IMG/VR virus record: IMGVR_UViG_3300003523_000012
Span: 1 to 64,000 of that record
Direction: 5' to 3' (one strand)
From: a virus
Lineage: Duplodnaviria; Caudoviricetes
DNA length: 64,000 nucleotides
Part shown: positions 57,091-64,000 of the stretch, in pieces
Numbering within the stretch: the first letter of the stretch is position 1
Layout of the letters: every line of letters starts with the position of its first letter
The notes under the pieces: generated by a model
Told to the model about the DNA's origin: nothing
Seen by the model: the letters and a program-made list of their open reading frames with translations, nothing else
The model's database searches: none
Made by a program: the position numbers and the translations under genes

Positions 57091-57366
57091 ATGTGCAAAT
57101 ATTGTGAAGCTTTGACATCGGACAAGATGGATTCATACCATCACAAATATAGAGAATTACTTCCTATCACTACCGATACTAGAGACTATAGTGAGTATGA
57201 TTCAATGGCAGTAATCATGCCTCCAACACCTATCTCTTTGAGACGACATGAAGAAGATGGTTTGGTATCTAATTTGAATGTGTTCTTCTATGATGATCAT
57301 GCACGAGTGGTGAACTTTTGGATCCCTATCAAGTATTGCCCAATGTGTGGAAAGGAGATACAATAG
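57091..57366 (+). CDS. Zinc-finger phage protein
   Basis: MCKYC...IKYCPMCGK. Confidence 0.7.
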   Translation: MCKYCEALTSDKMDSYHHKYRELLPITTDTRDYSEYDSMAVIMPPTPISLRRHEEDGLVSNLNVFFYDDHARVVNFWIPIKYCPMCGKEIQ

Positions 57367-57427
57367 ATTTTAGAAATTCTTAAAAATAGAAGATGTTTGG
57401 AAAAGAAAAGGAAGTAAAATATAATAT

Positions 57428-57499
57428 GCCCTTGTAGTTCAATAGATAGAATAGCGGTCTTCTAAACCGTTGATAGGAGTGCAATTCTTCTCAGGGGTA
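57428..57499 (+). tRNA. tRNA-Arg(UCU)
   Basis: Loop CTTCTAA; atypical T-loop. Confidence 0.75.
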
Positions 57500-57572
57500 C
57501 TAACAGATCCAATTATATGGATCAAAAATAGAATCATGTTAAATTCTAGCCAGTAATGTATATATTATAAGC

Positions 57573-57818
57573 GAACCTTCTAATGGAAGACATACAGCAA
57601 AGTTCAATCTATATTTTAATCAGATCAATAAAAATTGTACTTTGTTTCACAGAAGGCGATGATTCAAAAGGTCTAAAGTCGCTCCAGTTTACGAACTGAA
57701 AAACAAGACCTTAAATCTTCTGGGAAGGTTCACTTTTATTAAATGATAGTCGTACAGCAAAATTATTTATAAATTCTGTACCATTTTATATTAACGGAAA
57801 AACCACAAAAGACTATTG
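57573..57818 (+). promoter_or_regulatory. Structured 5' leader with two tandem ACAGCAA modules
   Basis: GAACCTTCT/GGAAGGTTC and GGAAGA-CATACAGCAA/TCTTCT; TGATAGTC-GTACAGCAA/GACTATTG ending 4 nt before ATG. Confidence 0.7.
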
Positions 57819-57822
57819 AAGT

Positions 57823-59124
57823 ATGAATAAGAATTACAAGAACACTGAACTGGAGAACATTTTCTCCACAAAAAGAACTGAGAATGGCGATTTTGCCTAC
57901 AACACTGTTGGAAACCATCTTTCTGACATTCTCTTCATGACTGCTTATTTCGAGAAGAACTTGAGCAGACTCCCTAAGATTGGTACTACTCCTTATGAGC
58001 AATTGTTCTCAATGTTCATCAGAGATCCTCGTTTTGGTATTGGAAGACGCGACCTTGGTAGAGAGCTTATGAGAAAGACTCATTGCACTCCTCAAATGGT
58101 TATTGATGCTGGCCGTTGGGATGACATCTTTGAAGTCTTTGACACTGAGATTGCTGCTAAGGTCTTCTATGATGCTATCAAGGATGGGAACTTCTTGGCT
58201 AAGAAGTGGGCTCCTAGATACTCTTCAAAGAACCTTATGAAAGCTCGTGAGTTCGCAAAGCTCTGGAAGATGAACAAGCAGCAATATGGAAAGTTCATCA
58301 AAGCTGTTGAGACTCCTGAGTTCAAGCTCTCTTCTCACAACACTAATGCTATTGACTTCTCTAAGCTTCCTTCTCTTGCTTTGATAAAGTACTGGAAAAG
58401 ATTCGCTGGAAAGGATGACACCAAAGAGAGATTCCAAAAGTATTTGGACTCTGTCAAGAAGGGTGAGTCTAAGATGAATGTCTCTACTACTACGGTGTAC
58501 GATATCTATAGAAATAGAGGCAAAATTGATGCTGACCTTGTGTACTCTCAACTAGAGAAGATCTCTGGATCTTGGCTTCCTATCATTGATGTGTCTGGTT
58601 CTATGTATGATGGAAACGACTCTATTGGAAAGGCTCTCTCAATTGGAAAGTACCTTGCAGATACTTCTACTTATTGTCCTAACTCATTCATCACTTTCTC
58701 TTCTCTACCTCAACTTGTCAAGCTCTCAAATACTTCTTATGCTAATCAACTTGAACAGATCAATAAATCTAGTTGGGGTTTCAATACAGATCTTGGTGCT
58801 GTGATGGACATGCTTTCTAGATTGAATAGAGAAATGCCTGAGTATCTTGTCATCCTTTCAGACATGGAGTTCGACTGTGGCTCTTCTATGAAGAAAGATG
58901 CTCTTATGCAACTTTGGAAATCTAAAGGCTGGACTACTAAGATTGTGTGGTGGAACTTCAACTCAAGAAATGAGACTTGCCCTGAGATGGACAAGAGTGG
59001 GAACATCTTCCTCTCTGGCTACAATCCTATGTTGCTCAAGTACCTTGAGGTTGGATTCGACAACAACAAATTCATCGAGAAACTTTTGACTGAGTACTTG
59101 AAGAATTTGAAATCTAACAAATAG
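57823..59124 (+). CDS. TROVE/Ro60-like helical + vWA protein (DUF2828-like)
   Basis: TENG..AY, RDPRFGIGRR, GRWDD, AKKWAPR; vWA MIDAS DVSGSM, FITFS, WGFNTD, ILSDMEFD, IVWWN. Confidence 0.8.
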   Translation: MNKNYKNTELENIFSTKRTENGDFAYNTVGNHLSDILFMTAYFEKNLSRLPKIGTTPYEQLFSMFIRDPRFGIGRRDLGRELMRKTHCTPQMVIDAGRWDDIFEVFDTEIAAKVFYDAIKDGNFLAKKWAPRYSSKNLMKAREFAKLWKMNKQQYGKFIKAVETPEFKLSSHNTNAIDFSKLPSLALIKYWKRFAGKDDTKERFQKYLDSVKKGESKMNVSTTTVYDIYRNRGKIDADLVYSQLEKISGSWLPIIDVSGSMYDGNDSIGKALSIGKYLADTSTYCPNSFITFSSLPQLVKLSNTSYANQLEQINKSSWGFNTDLGAVMDMLSRLNREMPEYLVILSDMEFDCGSSMKKDALMQLWKSKGWTTKIVWWNFNSRNETCPEMDKSGNIFLSGYNPMLLKYLEVGFDNNKFIEKLLTEYLKNLKSNK

Positions 59125-59165
59125 TTTAATATATTGATACAAATAAAATTAATTGTTGACAATTA

Positions 59166-59434
59166 TGGCAAATGATCAAATCCAACAACCAATTCAACCA
59201 TCTTATGAAGAGTTAGCTAGAATGTATAATGAGCTCCAATCAAACAGAGCTTTTGAAGAAGCTAAGACAAGACTCGCTTTCTGCTTAGAGATCATGAAGC
59301 TCAAGAAAGATTTTCCTGCAAAGTACATTGAAGGAATCACTAAAGAGGTCATGACTATCCTTCCTATCGACGGACTTGATGCTGAGAAGCTCATGGCTAA
59401 GAAAAAGAAAGCTAAAGAAGAAAACGAAGAATAA
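59166..59434 (+). CDS. Hypothetical protein (start MANDQ)
   Basis: ORF followed by terminator. Confidence 0.6.
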
Positions 59435-59451
59435 TTCTGGCTAAGACAAGG

Positions 59452-59485
59452 GAAGAGCTCAAGAGAAATCTTGGGCTCTTTTTTG
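59452..59485 (+). terminator. Rho-independent terminator
   Basis: AAGAGCTCAAGA-gaaa-TCTTGGGCTCTT plus U-tract. Confidence 0.8.
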
Positions 59486-59523
59486 TTATTATTGTCTTAT
59501 ATTGGATAAATAAACTAGAAAAA

Positions 59524-59736
59524 ATGGAAAATTCTAATATAACATACCATGTAGGTGACTCAGTGCAAGTCCTCTACAATGGAAAATGGTTCTCTGGCAC
59601 AGTGATCAGTGAGCCTAAGATACTTCTTTCAATGCATTACTATGATGTGCAGTTCATATATAAAGAAGACAACAAAGCACCTGAAAGCATGATAAACACT
59701 TTTGGAGTGTCCGAGATAAGGTTTGATAATGCCTAG
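59524..59736 (+). CDS. Small SH3/Tudor-like protein
   Basis: VGDSVQVLYNGKWFSGTVI. Confidence 0.55.
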   Translation: MENSNITYHVGDSVQVLYNGKWFSGTVISEPKILLSMHYYDVQFIYKEDNKAPESMINTFGVSEIRFDNA

Positions 59737-59802
59737 AATATGGCGGAGGTGATAGTACGATGGTAGTGAGATGCCACCACGCTGTACGCCGCTAGGCGGA
59801 CA

Positions 59803-59885
59803 TAGGATGGCGCCTATTGGCGGAATAACCAGTACCTGATATAATTTATCATCTCAAAAATAAACCGCCATCAGGCGGCAAATTT
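59803..59885. repeat. Dispersed element copy F
   Basis: TAGGATGGCGCCT..TGGCGGAATAACCAGTAC...AAACCGCCATCAGGCGGC; near-identical to copy E. Confidence 0.88.
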
Positions 59886-59921
59886 AGAAAAAGTATATTA
59901 ATAGACAAATAATTATATAGA

Positions 59922-60827
59922 ATGGTATCAATAATAACACCTACACACAAGAAGTCAGTGTTCTGGGAAGCTACTGTATTGAGTGTGCTGAGCCAGACAT
60001 CTGCTAACTGGGAATGGATAGTTCTAGACAATGCTAAAGAGCCATATTTCAAGAAGCTTTTAGATATGCTTCTAGACATGTATCCAGAGTTCAAGAAACT
60101 GAAGAAGAAGATAAAGGTCTATGAAGAGACTTTTCCAGAAGTCTGCATTGGCAAACTCAAGAATAGATGTGTTGAGCTGACTAATTGCAAAGATGATGAC
60201 TTCATACTTCTATTAGATCATGATGACTTGCTCATGCCTAGTTGTGTGGCTGACATTGAAAAGACTCAGAAGAAGATAGGGAAAGAGATTGACTACATCA
60301 CAAGTGATTGTCCAATTGTTTCTTATTGGAAAAACAGATTAGTGCCAGAATCTCTATATGAGACTTGGACAGAGCCTATTCCGGTTGAAGACCTGACCAT
60401 TAAGAATTGGTCATTCAGCTTTTATAATATGAAATCTTCTAAAAGAATAGACAAGATTCCAATTGGTGATCATGTGACATATATAGCAGAGCATCCCAGA
60501 ATCATAAAGAAAAGAGTCATAAAGACAGACACTTGCAAGTTCTATGAAGGGCTGCACTATAGTGAAGACACAATGCAGAGAGTTGTCCTCACTCTTTTCC
60601 ACAATGGTGTGTATATCCCTAAGCAAGAGATTATCTGCATACACAACAGGCCAGATCCTAATGATGATACATTCATTGACTCTGGAACATACTTGCAATT
60701 CCACGATGGTATAAATGAGTTCACTGAGTGGTATCAAAAGCTGAACAATTTCTATATAGTGTATAGAAGCTTGTTCCCAGACAAGAAAGTGATTGAGATC
60801 CCACATTTTAATCCAGATGAAGAATGA
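59922..60827 (+). CDS. Glycosyltransferase family 2
   Basis: VSIITPTH, SVLSQT..NWEWIVLD, LLDHDD, SED. Confidence 0.85.
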   Translation: MVSIITPTHKKSVFWEATVLSVLSQTSANWEWIVLDNAKEPYFKKLLDMLLDMYPEFKKLKKKIKVYEETFPEVCIGKLKNRCVELTNCKDDDFILLLDHDDLLMPSCVADIEKTQKKIGKEIDYITSDCPIVSYWKNRLVPESLYETWTEPIPVEDLTIKNWSFSFYNMKSSKRIDKIPIGDHVTYIAEHPRIIKKRVIKTDTCKFYEGLHYSEDTMQRVVLTLFHNGVYIPKQEIICIHNRPDPNDDTFIDSGTYLQFHDGINEFTEWYQKLNNFYIVYRSLFPDKKVIEIPHFNPDEE

Positions 60828-62614
60828 TAGAAATAGCTTATAATCCACAAGACAAGAGATACTTGTTCTTGCAGTGTGACAACACACGACATACAGTCAA
60901 AGTTAAAGGGAAAGAGAGGAGCATCAATGAGATCCAATGGCTAGAGATGCATTTGAATCTAGTGCCTGACTATATGTTTCTCCCATCATTCAAAGGAATT
61001 CCTACTCCAGAAGTTTTCTTGCACAAAGTAAAAAAGAATGACAAGACATATTATTGGTGTCATTCTGGCTTGTGGCATGAGATTGAGATATGGTGCAAAG
61101 CACACAATGTCCAGTTGAAGAGCAATATAGACAAAGACTTCAAGTACATCAAGCTCCCAGACAACAAAGAGTCATTCATTGAGTGGGCAAAAAGCTTGAA
61201 TCTCTCTTTAGAGTTGAGACCATACCAAATAGATGCTATATGGAAGATCTTGAACTACAAGATGAGCATGTCTCAATTAGCCACTCGATCTGGAAAGACT
61301 CTGATTGCTTATGTTGTCTTTCGATATATGAAAGAGAAGCTTGGTGCCAAGAACATCTTGATGATCGTCCCAAACATATCTCTAGTGAAGCAAGGAGTAG
61401 AAGACTTCACTAAGTATGATGACTACTTCAACATTGACCAAGTGTGGGCCAAGTCAGAGTATTGTGCAATGTCTGACTTGACTATAGGGACATTCCAGAG
61501 CTTAGTCAGGAGAATAGACCAAAAGAGCAAGAAATATGACCCTAAGTTCTTTGACAAGTTTGACATCATACTTTGTGATGAGTGTCACAAAGCTGCTTGC
61601 AAGTCTATAGACATGATACTTAGGCAGCCATTTGTCAAGAATGCTAAGATTCGATTTGGATTCTCTGGAACTATTCCAGATCCAAACACTATAGAGAACT
61701 TGTCATGCCAGAGCTTGATTGGCCCAATGATTCAAGACATATCTTCTAAAGAATTGATAGATGATGGGTATCTTGCTGATGTTGAGATTGAGCAATACAG
61801 AATCCATTATGACTGGACTGAAGACCTCATCAATGAGTATCAGAGATGTGGTGAATACTTGTGCTCATCTTATGTAGAAGATGCAAGCAAGAAGAAGATA
61901 CTTAGAAAGAAAGAAGATCGAGAGTTCTTGATGCAGCATGAGAAAGTCCTTCCATTTGCTGTGAAGAAAGTGAGAGATGTGATGAATGATGAGATCAAGT
62001 CACTGAAGCATGAGAAAGACCCATACAAGAAGCAAGAGAGACTGCTAGAAGCTAAGATGAAGTACATTGAGTACCTTGTTGACTTGTGCAAAGCTAATGC
62101 TGCTAATCTCCTATTGCTAGAGCAGATGGTGATGTTCTTTCAAGAGAAGAAGATCAATGTGCTGAAGGAAGTCCTCAGAGAGAAAGATGGAAACTACATA
62201 GTCTTTGCACACCACACTGAATGGCTCAAGCATCTTGAAGAGAGACTAAAAGCTGAGATGCCTGACAAGCAGATTCTCTTGATTACCGGTGCAGTCACTC
62301 AAAAGAAGAGAGAAAAGATTATGAAGACTATGGAAGAAAATTCTAATTGTATTCTATTAGCATCATATGCATGTGTAGGCACGGGCCTCACGTTTAAAAA
62401 CGTGGCGGCTGGAGTGTTTGCTGAGTCATTCAAGAGTTCTATTATTAATAAACAATCATTAGGTAGAGGACTGCTTCTTGCTCCTGGAAAAAAGAAGTTC
62501 TATCTGTATGACTTGATTGACTGTTTCCCAACTCGTAGATTGGAATTTCAAGGAAATGCTAAAAAGAAGCTTTTCACTAAGGAAGGATATAATGTTATTA
62601 TAAAACATAGATAA
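60824..62614 (+). CDS. uvsW: SF2 DNA helicase (T4 UvsW-like)
   Basis: LRPYQ, ATRSGKT, DECH, GFSGT, QSLGRGL. Confidence 0.88.
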   Translation: MIEIAYNPQDKRYLFLQCDNTRHTVKVKGKERSINEIQWLEMHLNLVPDYMFLPSFKGIPTPEVFLHKVKKNDKTYYWCHSGLWHEIEIWCKAHNVQLKSNIDKDFKYIKLPDNKESFIEWAKSLNLSLELRPYQIDAIWKILNYKMSMSQLATRSGKTLIAYVVFRYMKEKLGAKNILMIVPNISLVKQGVEDFTKYDDYFNIDQVWAKSEYCAMSDLTIGTFQSLVRRIDQKSKKYDPKFFDKFDIILCDECHKAACKSIDMILRQPFVKNAKIRFGFSGTIPDPNTIENLSCQSLIGPMIQDISSKELIDDGYLADVEIEQYRIHYDWTEDLINEYQRCGEYLCSSYVEDASKKKILRKKEDREFLMQHEKVLPFAVKKVRDVMNDEIKSLKHEKDPYKKQERLLEAKMKYIEYLVDLCKANAANLLLLEQMVMFFQEKKINVLKEVLREKDGNYIVFAHHTEWLKHLEERLKAEMPDKQILLITGAVTQKKREKIMKTMEENSNCILLASYACVGTGLTFKNVAAGVFAESFKSSIINKQSLGRGLLLAPGKKKFYLYDLIDCFPTRRLEFQGNAKKKLFTKEGYNVIIKHR

Positions 62615-62624
62615 ATTGATAAAG

Positions 62625-63821
62625 ATGAAAAATTTAAAATCAGTTTTATTAGAAAAACGAGATATAAGAAAAGAAATTACTGGTATTCATTCTAATCCAG
62701 AAGGAACTAGACTTGTATTTGGATTAGTAGATTATGATAATATTGAAAAAAGATTTAATAATACAGAATGGCTATCAGCAAAAGCAACTAGTCCAACAGC
62801 AAAAACTGAAATCCAAGAAAAATTTACAGCTTTAATATTTAATACTTATAAAGAAAATCTTGATCAAATGGATAAGGAATTAACTATTGAGAATCTTCCT
62901 TATGCATTGAAAATAGATAAAAATAATGAATTGTGGTTGACTTCTGTAAAAGGTCAAGTAAAAACTATTGTAGAGTTTTTAAAAAAAGAAAAATGGAATA
63001 TTTCTAATCTTATTGCTGTTCATTATTTAGAAGATGATCCTATTGCAAGAAATATAATAGTTTTACACTCATCATTATCTGGAACTCTTAATAATAGACC
63101 AAAAGATGCCATAGACCCATCCGATATAATTATATATGACAAGACAAAAGTAAAAGTTATCAATAAATTTCAAGACACTCTTATGAGTAATGGAGGAACT
63201 AATAAAGAATTTCTTTCAGAGTATAAAGCACTAATAAAATTATTAATATCAAATCATTTATATGTTGGTGTTTCATTAAAGAAAGGTGATACTTTTAGTG
63301 CTCATTATAATAACTATATAGAAGCTCCAGATGCATATTCTAATGTAGAAATAACAAATATAACTAAAACTCCACAAAATCTAAAAGTATCTTTTTCTGC
63401 ATATAATGAAACACTAAATAAAAATACTAATTTTGATTTTAGAATAAGCGCTCAAGGTGGAAGACATGCAGTAATAGAACTTCAAGGATATAAATATGCT
63501 CAAGGTGGAAAAGGAACTTGGGCAATTTTAGATGCAAGAAATCCTAAAGAACAATTAGAATTAGATTTTAATGATAAAGAAGGAATAGTTAAATATCCTA
63601 AATTTCTAATTAATTCAGATTGGGATCAAAAATTGATAAATGACTTTTTAGAAGAAGAGCATCCAGTAACTAAAAACAATAATCACACAATTGATACTGA
63701 GATATTTAATATTTTTAAATATATAATTGAAAACAATCAACAAAGTGTAATAGCATTAATGTATTATTGCGCTAAAATTGGTGACGAATGCGCACCGTAT
63801 CTTATGATATCTCCAAATTAG
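62625..63821 (+). CDS. Hypothetical protein, possible PD-(D/E)XK-like nuclease, with capsid-targeting-like N-terminus
   Basis: MKNLKSVLLEKR; PSDIII...GVSLKK; low GC. Confidence 0.5.
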   Translation: MKNLKSVLLEKRDIRKEITGIHSNPEGTRLVFGLVDYDNIEKRFNNTEWLSAKATSPTAKTEIQEKFTALIFNTYKENLDQMDKELTIENLPYALKIDKNNELWLTSVKGQVKTIVEFLKKEKWNISNLIAVHYLEDDPIARNIIVLHSSLSGTLNNRPKDAIDPSDIIIYDKTKVKVINKFQDTLMSNGGTNKEFLSEYKALIKLLISNHLYVGVSLKKGDTFSAHYNNYIEAPDAYSNVEITNITKTPQNLKVSFSAYNETLNKNTNFDFRISAQGGRHAVIELQGYKYAQGGKGTWAILDARNPKEQLELDFNDKEGIVKYPKFLINSDWDQKLINDFLEEEHPVTKNNNHTIDTEIFNIFKYIIENNQQSVIALMYYCAKIGDECAPYLMISPN

Positions 63822-63824
63822 AAT

Positions 63825-64000
63825 ATGAAAAAACCTTTGATAAATAGAAAAAATTTGCATCGTGCACATGTCTCAGATATAATGCTCTTAGAAAATATTA
63901 CTTTCTTTGATCTTCAAGAAGGTGACTTTTGCATGACAAAAGAGAGAGATGACAATATGTACCTTGTTGTAGATGTAGGATCTATAGATTATCTGCATCC
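63825..64000 (+). CDS. LISK..I.RAH-family protein, truncated by window edge
   Basis: MKKPLINRKNLHRAH. Confidence 0.65.
   Translation, partial: MKKPLINRKNLHRAHVSDIMLLENITFFDLQEGDFCMTKERDDNMYLVVDVGSIDYLH

Noticed and set aside
457-61413. Numerous antisense or alternate-frame ORFs of 60-190 aa inside long genes
   Set aside because: They are explained by codon bias of the real gene on the other strand or frame and carry no independent motifs.
1-64000. Genome-wide TAG reassignment (code 15, as in Lak phages)
   Set aside because: Core genes are intact under code 11 and several (polB, helicase, vWA gene) end at TAG at natural positions; only local readthrough is proposed.

Overview
A 64-kb segment of a large, AT-rich T4-like (myovirus/jumbo-type) bacteriophage genome. 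The host is probably a Bacteroidetes species; this is inferred from an Hc1-like gene, a Bacteroidetes-style boxA and ssrA 5' end, and AT-rich translation starts lacking SD sites. Positions 1-47 kb hold tail, baseplate and neck genes (gp6-, gp25-, gp53-, gp19-, gp13- and gp15-like), a GH108 endolysin, ATP-dependent DNA ligase, sigma factor, S1-domain protein, DEDDh exonuclease, NrdD and a family B DNA polymerase. Many small ORFs there share N-terminal signature peptides. Positions 47.2-59.1 kb form a translation-support island. It has about 32 tRNAs covering all 20 amino acids, including a probable amber (CUA) suppressor, a circularly permuted tmRNA, several tRNA-like and other structured ncRNAs, two free-standing endonucleases, a Pth2-like gene with an in-frame TAG, and a TROVE/Ro60-like vWA (DUF2828-like) gene. 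A GT2 glycosyltransferase and a UvsW-like helicase follow. The strongest candidates for novelty are: (1) a helix-plus-ACAGCAA RNA module that occurs free, inserted into tRNA bodies, wrapped around a tRNA mimic, and twice in the leader of the Ro60-like gene; (2) an amber-readthrough circuit (uORF, Pth2-like gene, adjacent CUA tRNA); (3) a leader-peptide attenuator sampling 18 amino acids ahead of the tRNA array. All calls were made by eye; no searches were run.
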